From contig DASZMU010000004.1 of assembly GCA_035551695.1 (NCBI GenBank), positions 24,668-88,667 on the forward strand: 64,000 nucleotides of DNA. The letters are read 5' to 3'. The stretch is from Solirubrobacteraceae bacterium (lineage in GTDB: Bacteria > Actinomycetota > Thermoleophilia > Solirubrobacterales > Solirubrobacteraceae). The first letter of the stretch is position 1. Every line of letters starts with the position of its first letter. Shown here in pieces: positions 20,355 to 30,819 of the stretch. The notes beneath the pieces were generated by a model. The model saw only the letters and a program-made list of their open reading frames with translations. It was not told the origin of the DNA and did no database searches. The translations under genes and the position numbers were made by a program.

Positions 20355-21368
20355 CTATAGAAGCAGGACCGCACCCGGCTCGCCCTCCACCATCCGGCCG
20401 ATCACCGTTCCATCGATCTCCGCCGCCCGCTCCTCGCCCACCGTGATGAGCAGGCCGCCGGACGTCGCGGGATCGGACACCAGTCGCCGATGCGCTTCGG
20501 ACACCCCGGAACCGAACACGGTGAACTCCTGGGCGTAGGCCAGATTGCGCTTCCCTCCACCGGAGAGCCCAACTCCGTCGTCGAGGAGCTCGAGCGCTCC
20601 AGCGAGCGCCGGAACCGTGCCGGCTCGCACTTCGGCCGCCAGCCGGCTCTCCCGCCCCAGGTTGTGGAGGTGGCCGAGCAGCCCAAATCCGGTGACGTCG
20701 GTAGCGGCGCGGGCGCCGGCGGCGAGCGCCTCACGGCCGGCGCGGGCGTTGAGCGTCGTCATCGCCTCCACCGCGGGCGCGAGCTCGGCGTCGCCGACCG
20801 CGCCGCGCTTGCAGGCTGTCGTCAGCGCGCCCATCCCGAGGGGCTTGGTCAGCACGAGCACATCCCCGGGCCGCGCACCGGCATTGGTCAGCATCCGCGC
20901 CGGGTCGACCGTGCCGGTGACGGCCATGCCGTACTTGGGCTCCGGGTCATCGATCGAGTGGCCGCCGACGACCGCGCAGCCGGCCTCCCGGGCCACGGCC
21001 AGACCCCCCTCGAGGACACGTCGCAGCACGTCCGCGCCAAGCCGCTCCAGCGGGAATGCGACCAGGTTGAGCGCCGTCAGCGGCTCCCCGCCCATCGCGT
21101 AGACGTCTGACAGCGCGTTGGCGGCGGCGATCCGGCCGAAGTCGAACGGATCATCGACGATCGGCGTGAAGAAGTCGACGGTCTGCACGAGCGCCAGGTC
21201 GTCGCGGAGCGCGAAGACAGCGGCATCGTCGCCGCTGGCCGAGCCCACGAGCAGGCGCGGATCCTGCGAGACCGGGAGGTCGCGGAGGATCGGGAGGAGA
21301 TCCGCCGCCGGGAGCTTGCACCCACAGCCCGCTCCGTGGGACAGCGATGTCAGCGGTACCGATGCCAC
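20355..21368 (-). CDS. selD: Selenide, water dikinase (Cys form); C-terminal part of a HIT::SelD ORF
   Basis: HGAGCGCKL, DDAAV, QTVDFFTPIVDDP, ANALSDVYAMGG, GGHSIDDPEPKYG, TDVTGFGLLGH. Confidence 0.95.
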   Translation of the reverse strand: MASVPLTSLSHGAGCGCKLPAADLLPILRDLPVSQDPRLLVGSASGDDAAVFALRDDLALVQTVDFFTPIVDDPFDFGRIAAANALSDVYAMGGEPLTALNLVAFPLERLGADVLRRVLEGGLAVAREAGCAVVGGHSIDDPEPKYGMAVTGTVDPARMLTNAGARPGDVLVLTKPLGMGALTTACKRGAVGDAELAPAVEAMTTLNARAGREALAAGARAATDVTGFGLLGHLHNLGRESRLAAEVRAGTVPALAGALELLDDGVGLSGGGKRNLAYAQEFTVFGSGVSEAHRRLVSDPATSGGLLITVGEERAAEIDGTVIGRMVEGEPGAVLLL

Positions 21369-21899
21369 GCCTGCAAGCCTACGCCGCCGGCTGATCCTCC
21401 CGGCGGGCCAGGTGATCTCGGCGAGCGCCGCGCTGAGCGCGTCCCGGGTCGCATCGAGCGCCTGGGGCAGCGCGTGGGTATCGGCGAGCACGGGCATGAA
21501 GTTCGTGTCCCCCGTCCAGCGCGGGACGACGTGCAGATGGAGATGCGCGGCGATGCCCGCGCCGGCGGCCTCGCCGATGTTCAGGCCGATGTTGAACCCC
21601 TCGGGCGACATGACCGCGGTCAGCGCCCGCGCCATCCGCTGGGCCAGCTGCATGATCTCCGCCAGCTCTTCCTCTCCGAGCGTCTGCAGATCGCCCACGT
21701 GGCGATACGGGACCACCATCGTGTGCCCGCTCGCGTACGGAAACCGGTTGAGCATCGCGAAGCAGTGCCGGCCGCGGTCGAGGACAAGGCCGCCGTCCGC
21801 CCCCTCCCCGCGCGCGGCCGCGCAGAAGATGCACTCGGCGGACTTCTCGCCGGTGATGTACTCGATCCGCCACGGGGCCCAGAGGGGGCGTTTGCTCAC
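21369..21899 (-). CDS. HIT family Ap4A phosphorylase-like domain, in frame with selD and no stop between them
   Basis: LWAPWRIEYI, CIFC, LNRFPYASGH, HLHLHVVPRW, GDTNFMP. Confidence 0.88.
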
Positions 21900-21965
21900 C
21901 GGCGGTGAGTGTAGGTCGGCGGGTGGAGGCGGAGTGTCGCCCGCGCCGCTCCGACCTGGCACACT

Positions 21966-22003
21966 GGGGCCTGGAGTGCCGGGAAGCCTGGTCGGCGTGC
22001 CCC
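21966..22003 (+). ncRNA. Candidate Na+-sensing (DUF1646-like) riboswitch
   Basis: GAGTGCCGGGAAGCCTGGTCGGC core closed by GGGGC/GCCCC, in the leader of a Na/Ca exchanger; resemblance from memory only. Confidence 0.45.
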
Positions 22004-22094
22004 ACTGGGGAGGCCGATGTGACCCGGAACCAGCTCGACATCCCTCCGCGCATCCGCCGCCGGTCGCCGAGGATCCGGGTGGGCGGTAGCGGGC

Positions 22095-23096
22095 ATGCCT
22101 GACTGGCTGCTCGCGACCGTGTTCGTGATGGCTGCCGCCGTCAGCCTCGCGACCAGTTGGGTGCTGGTGTCACGACTGGAGCGAGTGGGGGCGCGCTTGG
22201 GCCTGTCGGAGGCGCTGCTGGGAATGCTCGCTGCGCTTGCCGCCGACGCTCCGGAGATCACGTCTGCGTCGACGGCGCTCATCGGACACCAGTCGCAAAT
22301 CGGCGCCGGGGTTGTGATCGGATCGAATGTGTTCAACCTGGCCGCGCTGCTCGGACTCGCCGCCGTCGTCGCCGGCCGGATCAGCCTCCACCGGCGCGTG
22401 ATCCTGCTCGAGGGCGCCGTGGCGCTGCCGATCGCCGGCATCTGCCTGGCCGCGGTCCTGGGGGGTCTGGCCCCGCCCATCGCGCTCATCGCCGTGGCGC
22501 TGGTCCTGATTCCGTACCTCGTGGTCCTCGGCGTGAGCCGGGACCGCCTCGCGGGACTGGGCCTCCCCCAGTCCTGGACGCGCTGGCTCGGCGAGGCGAT
22601 CGCCGAGGAGGAGACCGAACTCGAGCCGGCCATCCATCCTCGGCGGGCCCGCTTCGCCGACGAGGTGACCGCGGCCATCGCCGTACTGATCGTGATCGGC
22701 GCCAGCGTCGCCATGGAACAGACCGGCGCGCGGATTGGGGCCCGTCATGCCGTCCCGGACATCGTGATCGGCGGTCTGGTCCTGGCGTGCGTCACGAGCC
22801 TCCCCAACGCGGTCGCCGCCCTGTATCTCGCCGGCCGGGGGCGGGGAGCGGCCACGCTCAGCACCGCCCTGAACAGCAACGCGCTCAACGTCGCCATCGG
22901 CCTGCTCGTGCCGGGGACGATCGTCGGCCTCGGCGCTCCGTCCGGGCGGGCGACGCTGATCGCCGTCTGGTATCTGGGACTGACCGGGGTGGCCCTGGCG
23001 TGTGCGTACGCCGGACGTGGGTTGCGCCGTGGCCACGGCGCCCTGATCATCGGCTGCTACGTGGCGTTCGTCGCAACCATCCTGGTCATCTCCTGA
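22095..23096 (+). CDS. Na+/Ca2+ exchanger (CaCA) family antiporter
   Basis: Alpha repeats ADAPE...GSNVFN and TSLPN...NSNALN; about 10 TM segments. Confidence 0.88.
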   Translation: MPDWLLATVFVMAAAVSLATSWVLVSRLERVGARLGLSEALLGMLAALAADAPEITSASTALIGHQSQIGAGVVIGSNVFNLAALLGLAAVVAGRISLHRRVILLEGAVALPIAGICLAAVLGGLAPPIALIAVALVLIPYLVVLGVSRDRLAGLGLPQSWTRWLGEAIAEEETELEPAIHPRRARFADEVTAAIAVLIVIGASVAMEQTGARIGARHAVPDIVIGGLVLACVTSLPNAVAALYLAGRGRGAATLSTALNSNALNVAIGLLVPGTIVGLGAPSGRATLIAVWYLGLTGVALACAYAGRGLRRGHGALIIGCYVAFVATILVIS

Positions 23097-24682
23097 CCGG
23101 GCGGGGCGAGGCCGAGGATGAGGTCGGCCCCGCGCTCGGCGATCATCACCGTCGGCGCGTGGGTGTTTCCACGGGGGATGAGCGGCATGATGGAGGCGTC
23201 GATGACGCGGAGTCCGTCGATGCCGCGCACCCGGAGGCGGCTGTCGACCACGGCCCCGGCGGCCGTGTCGCTCATCCGGCAGGTGCCCACCGGGTGGTAG
23301 ATCAGCATCAGTCGCCGGCGGATGTCGTCAGCCAGATCGGTGTCGCCGCGGGCATCCGGACCTGGCTTGAGCTCTTTGGTGATGATGGGTTTCAGGTCCG
23401 CCTGCCGGGCGATCTCTCGCGCCAGCCTGACCCCGGCCACCAGCGACGCCAGGTCCTCCGGCTCGGATAACGAGTTGGTGAGGATGCGTGGCTTGGCCCT
23501 CGGATCGGCCGACTGCAGCCACACGCGTCCGCGCGCTTGGGGAGCGACGAGGACCGGCGCGATCACCATCGCGTGCCCGTCGAAGGTCTCCGCGCCGTGG
23601 TCGTCGTAATAGGCCGCCCCCATGTGGTACTGGATGTCGGCGGCCGGCAGGCCACCGCGGGTCCGGTGGAAGGCGACGACCTCGGCGACCGTGGAGCTCA
23701 GCGGGCCGCTGCGGCGAAACACCCACTCCGCCACCGATCGCGGGCGCTCGGCAACGTACAGCGTGCGCTCGTCGGAGACCTCGAAGATCACGGTCACGAA
23801 CGGGTGGTCCTGGAGGTTCTTGCCGACTCCGGGCAGCTCATGGCGGACGGCCACGCCGGCGGCACGCAGCTCGTCGGGCGCGCCGATCCCTGAGACCTGA
23901 AGGAGCTGTGGCGAGGCGATGGCCCCGGCGGACAACAGCACCTCGCGCTCCGCCCGGAACACCCGGCTCCCGCGGCGCCCGGCGCCGACCCGGACGCCGA
24001 CCGCCCGGCCGCGCTCCAGTTCGATGCCCAGCACGGTCGCGCCCGTGCGGACCTCGAGGTTTCTGCGTCCGGCCACCGGGCGCAGGTACGCGTCGGCAGC
24101 ACTGAATCGCCTACCGCCGGACTGGTTGACCTGGAACATCGACACCCCGTCCTGCTCCGGGCCGTTGTAGTCGGCGATCCAGGGGATACCGGCGGCGTCG
24201 CTGGCTGCGATCAGCCGGCGGTCCAGCGGCCGCGGTGAGCGCTGCTCGGCGACGCGCAGTGGGCCGCCGACGCCGTGCCACTCAGACGCGCCCCGCACGT
24301 TGTCCTCTGACTTGATGAAGTAGGGCAGGACATCGCGGTATCCCCAGCCGGGGGCCCCCTGGGCCTCCCAGCTGTCGTAGTCGAGCGGGTGCCCCCGGAC
24401 ATAGAGCATCGCGTTCATCGAGCTCGAGCCGCCCAGCCCCTTGCCCCGCGGGATATACAGAGACCGTCCATCGACGTACGGCTCCGGCTCGGTGGCGTAG
24501 TCCCAATCGAGCTTGGTGTGGAACTGCTTTGCAAAGGCCGCTGGGATCCTGATGTTGGGCGACCGGTCCTTGCCGCCCGCCTCGAGCAGCAGAACGCGGA
24601 CCGATGGATCGGCGGACAGGCGGTTGGCAAGGACGCAACCGGCCGACCCGGCACCCACGATGATGTAGTCAAAGCTCTGCAT
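23057..24682 (-). CDS. GMC family oxidoreductase (choline dehydrogenase-like)
   Basis: [40 protein letters not shown]. Confidence 0.93.
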   Translation of the reverse strand: MQSFDYIIVGAGSAGCVLANRLSADPSVRVLLLEAGGKDRSPNIRIPAAFAKQFHTKLDWDYATEPEPYVDGRSLYIPRGKGLGGSSSMNAMLYVRGHPLDYDSWEAQGAPGWGYRDVLPYFIKSEDNVRGASEWHGVGGPLRVAEQRSPRPLDRRLIAASDAAGIPWIADYNGPEQDGVSMFQVNQSGGRRFSAADAYLRPVAGRRNLEVRTGATVLGIELERGRAVGVRVGAGRRGSRVFRAEREVLLSAGAIASPQLLQVSGIGAPDELRAAGVAVRHELPGVGKNLQDHPFVTVIFEVSDERTLYVAERPRSVAEWVFRRSGPLSSTVAEVVAFHRTRGGLPAADIQYHMGAAYYDDHGAETFDGHAMVIAPVLVAPQARGRVWLQSADPRAKPRILTNSLSEPEDLASLVAGVRLAREIARQADLKPIITKELKPGPDARGDTDLADDIRRRLMLIYHPVGTCRMSDTAAGAVVDSRLRVRGIDGLRVIDASIMPLIPRGNTHAPTVMIAERGADLILGLAPPGQEMTRMVATNAT

Positions 24683-24753
24683 GGCACCGTCCCTCCACAC
24701 GACCAGCGGCCGCGGGGCACGGCCACGAGGAGCCTCAGCCTATTGTCCTGGCG

Positions 24754-25296
24754 TCAGAAGCGAGTCACTTCGACCTGCGGCGACGGCGTCACGTCGACCG
24801 GACTCTCCGAGCCGTCGGCCACCATCGTGCACAGCTCGTCGATGAGCGCGAGCGCCTTCGCGTGCGTCTGATCGGTGTGCCGTCCGATCGCGGCGACCGC
24901 CGAACGGGCCGCCGCCTGGACCTCGGCGCCGGGGTCGGAGGTGAGACGGATGCGCCGGAACACGCGAAGACGCCACGGGCGACCCTGCCAGATGTCGGCC
25001 GCCCACTCACGGCAGCGCTGGGCGCGAAGCTGCTCGATCACCCAGCTCTCACGCGTGCCGACCGCGAGCGCCGCGAACCCGTACAGATCCTGACGCCGCT
25101 CGTCATCGATCGAGTCGTTGTAGGCGCGCAGAAACGATGCGATGACGGGGCAGACAGATCGAGGGTGGTCGGTGAACGGCTCGCCCGCGATCATCGAGGC
25201 GAGCTCCATCACACACACACCCTCGGCCGGCCCATCGTGCTTGCCCGCCGCGAGCTTGACCGTCTTGTAGTTGACCGGGGCTGGTGGGTAGAGCAT
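24754..25296 (-). CDS. Hypothetical protein with Cys/His motif
   Basis: GKH..GVCVMELAS..GEPFTDHPRSVCPV..YND; coding-like codon usage. Confidence 0.65.
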   Translation of the reverse strand: MLYPPAPVNYKTVKLAAGKHDGPAEGVCVMELASMIAGEPFTDHPRSVCPVIASFLRAYNDSIDDERRQDLYGFAALAVGTRESWVIEQLRAQRCREWAADIWQGRPWRLRVFRRIRLTSDPGAEVQAAARSAVAAIGRHTDQTHAKALALIDELCTMVADGSESPVDVTPSPQVEVTRF

Positions 25297-25493
25297 CGCG
25301 AACAACCTCCCAGGCGTTTGGACTAACGGGACAGTACGACCATCTACCACGTAGATGGCCGGTTGACGGTGGCCTTACCGAAAATGTACCCGCCTCCAAC
25401 CTTCAGCCCATGCAGCGTGACGTGCGGTGTCCGACCGGCGACGCAGATCCTGTGAGCGCGGGCACGGGGTCCTGCGGACCCTATGCCCGGCGC

Positions 25494-26114
25494 TCAGCGC
25501 GCCGCTTCGGACGAGGGCACGCCCTCGACGACACGACGGATCCTGATGTCCGCCGGGGCAGCGGTGGCGCGTGGAGACGTCGATTCTGCGACCTCCGCCG
25601 CCGCGATCAGAGCCTTCAGCTCCGCGACGTCGATCTCGACCGTGTGCGCTTCACCCTCGATGATCTCGGCGCGGGCGGAATCGTTCGGCTCGCCGGCACG
25701 CACCGGCTCTTGACCGGAGGTCAGGGCCGCCGCAGACCCACCGTGCGATGTCTCGGCAGCCTTGATCGTCGCTCGGAAGGCCAGCTCGGTGCCGGTCTCG
25801 CCCCATTCGATCGTGAACCGCCCGTCCAGGCGATGCCCCATCCAGGCGACAACCACCATCAGCGCTCCGGCGACGACGACCGGGAGGGTCCAGACCGAGT
25901 TGGTGACGAGCACACCGCCGATCAGCAGAAGCAGCACCCCGGTCAACGAGAGCCGGACCCGCGGCCGCCCCACCCATTGACACCCGGACTCCGCGACGCT
26001 CATCGCGCGCTCCGGCCACCCCGGGGCGCCGGTTGCCGGCGCGCCCGCCGAGGCCGCCGGGGCGCCGAGCGGCGATTCCCGTGGCTCTGCTCCGGATGCG
26101 TCGTCGGAGATCAT
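25494..26114 (-). CDS. Hypothetical membrane protein (2 TM)
   Basis: Two hydrophobic segments then acidic tail EIIEGEAHTVEIDVAELKALIAAAE. Confidence 0.6.
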   Translation of the reverse strand: MISDDASGAEPRESPLGAPAASAGAPATGAPGWPERAMSVAESGCQWVGRPRVRLSLTGVLLLLIGGVLVTNSVWTLPVVVAGALMVVVAWMGHRLDGRFTIEWGETGTELAFRATIKAAETSHGGSAAALTSGQEPVRAGEPNDSARAEIIEGEAHTVEIDVAELKALIAAAEVAESTSPRATAAPADIRIRRVVEGVPSSEAAR

Positions 26115-26177
26115 GCTCTGAGGTCCTTTCGACCTCAGGAGCGCGGTCCCTCCCGGCACCGACCGCCGAGACCGGCC

Positions 26178-27272
<1,095 letters not shown>

Positions 27273-27447
27273 CCGTCACGTCTCCTCACGTCGTGTGATC
27301 TTCAGAGCCTGCTGTGGGGACACGGTATCGACGCGACCGCCGCGGACGCGGCGCCGGGCGCCGCGCCAAGGGCGGGAAGGATCCGCCGCGCGCGACGTCT
27401 TGCACACCGAGCGCACACCCGCGCTTCTCAGACGAAGGAGATCGGCC

Positions 27448-28098
27448 GTGAGACATGCCCAGATCCTCATCTCAACCGGGCTGTCCGCGGCCGGTCTCCT
27501 CGTCGCGGGTTGCGGCGCCACGCGCCAGGCGACGTCGGCCGGAGCGACGACCTCGACGCAGGCGGCGGCTGGGTCCGAGAGCGGCACGCTGGCGGCGAGG
27601 GTCGCCCCGGCCCGGATCGGCTTCATCTCCCCTCGCCGCGACGCGCGCGTCGGCCCCAACCTCCGCGTCCACGTTCGGCTCTCACACCGAGGCCAGGTGC
27701 GGTTCATCCTCGACACGGGGCGACCCCGGCTGAGCGACACCTCAACCGTCATCTACCGGCACCTGGCGCCCGGCCTCCACCGCTTGGAGGCTCAGCTGCT
27801 CGTCGCTCCGGGCCACCCGCCGGCAGCCACGGCCATCGTGCATTTCCGCGTCAGGCCCCCTGCCCCCAAACCTGCCGTCCTCGCCCCGCTGCCAGCCACC
27901 ACCACTGCCGCGCCGCCGCCCGCACCGCCCCAGGTGACCACCGCGACGCCGCCGCCACAGACGTCAACCGCGATGCCGCCACCGACGTCAACCGCGCCCG
28001 CAGCGCCCCCACCCACGACCGGGATTCCGCAGGGCGGCGGTGGGGACGGGGACGGCGACAACAGCGGCGCCCCGAGCGACGGCGACGGGAACATCTAG
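27448..28098 (+). CDS. Lipoprotein with small beta domain, Pro/Thr linker and acidic Gly tail
   Basis: Lipobox LVAGC; tail IPQGGGGDGDGDNSGAPSDGDGNI. Confidence 0.7.
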   Translation: MRHAQILISTGLSAAGLLVAGCGATRQATSAGATTSTQAAAGSESGTLAARVAPARIGFISPRRDARVGPNLRVHVRLSHRGQVRFILDTGRPRLSDTSTVIYRHLAPGLHRLEAQLLVAPGHPPAATAIVHFRVRPPAPKPAVLAPLPATTTAAPPPAPPQVTTATPPPQTSTAMPPPTSTAPAAPPPTTGIPQGGGGDGDGDNSGAPSDGDGNI

Positions 28099-28730
28099 CC
28101 GCCGCCGGGGCGACTATTGACTGGGCTCCTCCTCTCCGGCGGCTCCGACCAGCCGACGGGGCGGGGAAACAGGATCAGGACGCTCAGCGTCGCGTCTGCG
28201 GCCAGGATGTAGACCGGAAAGCCGAAATTGGCGAAGTTCCGGGCGCCCGACTGGATGGTGAGCAGGGTGAGCGCCGCTCCACATCCGCTGGCCACGAATG
28301 CGCTCGCGCTCTCGGACGCGGGATGGGTGTAGGCCTTGCGCAGGGTCGGTACGCCGCCGAACAGGTCCGACAGGATGCTGAAGACGATCGCGATGTCGCC
28401 GGTGCCGGTCAGCCCCCAGGCGGCGAGCGCCGCCAGCGAGAGACAGCCACAGGCGACGTCGACCCGCGTGAGCCTCGAGTACGCCTTGGGATCGAGATAC
28501 GACGCGATCACCACCAGCAGGGGACCGAAGCCGACCGCAAAGGTCAGCAGCGAGTCCAGGCCGACGTGCTGCGCGAGCTCGGCGGCGAAGGCGATCAGCG
28601 GAGCCAGCGTCCACAGCATCCAAGACACTCGGTTGGGCTGGGTCCGCCCGCGAAGCGTGTCTCGCGCGTACGAGGCACTCCCGGCGATCGTGATCAGGGC
28701 GCCGAGAATCGCGAACCGTGGATCGATCAT
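28095..28730 (-). CDS. Hypothetical multi-pass membrane protein (PQ-loop-like)
   Basis: 6-7 TM; RGRTQPNRVSW and PTLRKAYTHPASES loop motifs. Confidence 0.7.
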   Translation of the reverse strand: MIDPRFAILGALITIAGSASYARDTLRGRTQPNRVSWMLWTLAPLIAFAAELAQHVGLDSLLTFAVGFGPLLVVIASYLDPKAYSRLTRVDVACGCLSLAALAAWGLTGTGDIAIVFSILSDLFGGVPTLRKAYTHPASESASAFVASGCGAALTLLTIQSGARNFANFGFPVYILAADATLSVLILFPRPVGWSEPPERRSPVNSRPGGG

Positions 28731-28746
28731 CGTCGCGGGGCCCGCC

Positions 28747-29580
28747 TCAGCGGCTCACGGCTTGATACAGCTCCGGCTGCCGATCCTCCATCACGTCGTT
28801 GCGAGCACTGATCCGCTTGTGCTTTGCCTCGGCCAGGCGGCACCGCGCGAGCAGCGTGACACTGCGATCGTCGCAGACCGGCCCGGCGAGCGGAAACCCG
28901 TCCGGGCCGACGATCACCGTGCCGCTCACCCACTCGACGCCGCGCTCGGTGCCGGCCCGGTCGCACGCGGCGATGAACATCCGGTTGACCGAAGCGCTGG
29001 CCTGGACCCGGACCACCTCGACCGGCCGCTCGCCGGCTGGGCGGGGCTCGCGGGGCCAGTTCGTCGGCAGGCAGAGGAGCTCAGCGCCCTCGCGTGCGGG
29101 CAGTCGCACCCACTCCGGAAATTCGACGTCATAGCAGACGATGGTCGCGATGCGCCCGTGGGCAGTGTCGACGACCGGGGGGCGCTCGCGTCCGGACTGG
29201 AACACCAACTGCTCGCGATCCCACAGATGCGCCTTGCGGTACACCGCGCGCAGGCCGCCGGCGTCGACGATCACCGAGCTGTTGCGCAGCGCCTCGCCCG
29301 GATGCTCCAGCTCGCACAGCCCACCGACGATGACGACGTCGTGCTCGCGCGCCAGCGAGATCCACCCGGTGACGGTCGCGCCGTCGGCGCTCTCCGCGCA
29401 TCGGCGTGCCTCCGCGGGATCCGCGAACACGTAGCCGCTGTTGGCGAGCTCCGGGAGGACGACGACGTCCGCGCCCTGGCGAGCGGCGTCGGCGATCGCG
29501 CCGCGGCACGCGGCGCGGTTTGCCTCCGTCTCTCCCACCGCGAGGGAGAGCTGGCAGCACGCAACGACCGGCTCGCTCAC
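28747..29580 (-). CDS. Carbon-nitrogen hydrolase (nitrilase family) amidase
   Basis: Triad LPEL, YRKAHL, VCYDVEFPE. Confidence 0.9.
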   Translation of the reverse strand: MSEPVVACCQLSLAVGETEANRAACRGAIADAARQGADVVVLPELANSGYVFADPAEARRCAESADGATVTGWISLAREHDVVIVGGLCELEHPGEALRNSSVIVDAGGLRAVYRKAHLWDREQLVFQSGRERPPVVDTAHGRIATIVCYDVEFPEWVRLPAREGAELLCLPTNWPREPRPAGERPVEVVRVQASASVNRMFIAACDRAGTERGVEWVSGTVIVGPDGFPLAGPVCDDRSVTLLARCRLAEAKHKRISARNDVMEDRQPELYQAVSR

Positions 29581-30563
29581 CGGCGCCCCACCGCCAGGAG
29601 GGCGAGCATCTCGTAGGCGACCGCGGCCGCGTGCAGGGCCGTCACCTGTCCAGGCGAGTCGTAGGCCGGCGACACCTCGACGAGATCGAAGCCGGAGAAC
29701 TCGATGCCCGCGAGGGCGCGCAGGAACGCCAGGGCCTCGCGCGGGTAGAGGCCGTCGACCTCGGGCGTTCCGGTTGCGGGAGCAAACGCCGGGTCGAGCA
29801 CGTCGATGTCGAACGACATGTAGACTGGACCGTCGCTGATCCGGGCGCGAACGCGCTCCCGGTACTGAGGCGGTGACATCGCGTGGAGCTCGCCGCCGGA
29901 GATGACCTCGAACCCCATCTCGCGTGGCTGATCGACGTCGGCGGCGTCATACAGAGGACCTCGCATGCCCGCCAGCACCGAGCGCGACGGGTCGAGCAGA
30001 CCCTCCTCGACGGCCCGGCGAAACGGGGTGCCGTGGAAGTAGCGCTCACCGTAGTACTGATCCCACGTGTCGGCGTGGGCGTCCAGGAGCACGAGCCCCA
30101 CCGGTCCGTGAGCGGCGGCCTGTGCCCGCAACTCGCCGAGCACGATCGAGTGGTCGCCGCCGAGGACGAGGGGAACGATCCCGGCGCCGAGCAGAGGCGC
30201 CAGGCCGGCGTGGATCTGCTCGGCGGTGCGCACGGCATTTCCGGGAGTGATCTCCAGGTCGCCACCGTCCACCACCGAGATCGTCGCGAAGACGTTGACG
30301 TCGAGCGGCGCGTGGTACGGGCGCAGCAGCGTCGAGGCAGAGCGGATCGCCTCCGGGCCGAAGCGCGCCCCGGTCCGGAAGCTCGTCGCGGTGTCGAACG
30401 GCACACCGATGACCGCGGCATCGACGCCGGCATGGGGCAGGCGGACGTGCGGGAGCCGCGCGAACGTCCGCAGGCCGGTGTACCGCGGAGCCGCGCTCGC
30501 ATCCGGCGGCTGAAAACGAGCCCCACCCGCCCCGCCCGCGCCGCCCGCCCCGCCGGCGCTCAT
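29577..30563 (-). CDS. speB: Agmatinase/ureohydrolase
   Basis: GARFGPEAIR, LGGDHS, DAHAD, HGTPF, SFDIDVLDPAFAPATGTPE. Confidence 0.88.
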   Translation of the reverse strand: MSAGGAGGAGGAGGARFQPPDASAAPRYTGLRTFARLPHVRLPHAGVDAAVIGVPFDTATSFRTGARFGPEAIRSASTLLRPYHAPLDVNVFATISVVDGGDLEITPGNAVRTAEQIHAGLAPLLGAGIVPLVLGGDHSIVLGELRAQAAAHGPVGLVLLDAHADTWDQYYGERYFHGTPFRRAVEEGLLDPSRSVLAGMRGPLYDAADVDQPREMGFEVISGGELHAMSPPQYRERVRARISDGPVYMSFDIDVLDPAFAPATGTPEVDGLYPREALAFLRALAGIEFSGFDLVEVSPAYDSPGQVTALHAAAVAYEMLALLAVGRR

Positions 30564-30787
30564 CGGAGAATCCTCCGCGGGAGCGGTCGAGATGCACGGC
30601 CACCGGCGTCGCGGATGCCGACCAGGCTGGCGATCGACGGGCTGGTGATGTCCCGTTCGACACGGGACAGGAGGCTCTTGATCACGCCGCTGCGCTGCGC
30701 GACCTCCTCCAGCGAGAGCCCGCCGGCTTCACGTGCGTGGCGCAGCCGGGCGCCCAAGCGCGCTCGCTCGTTCGCATTGACCGACAC
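30560..30787 (-). pseudogene. Truncated XRE-family HTH regulator (cupin domain missing)
   Basis: LSLEEVAQRSGVIKSLLSRVERDITSPSIASL then abrupt non-homologous tail. Confidence 0.6.
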
Positions 30788-30819
30788 GATCGACTAACCC
30801 TACTTGGCCCCAACCCGGA

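Noticed and set aside
23057-23096. 40-bp convergent overlap of the exchanger and GMC oxidoreductase genes
   Set aside because: Common in high-GC genomes through stop-codon drift
30524-30560. GGA-repeat at the ureohydrolase N-terminus
   Set aside because: Short in-frame low-complexity expansion with no evidence of function
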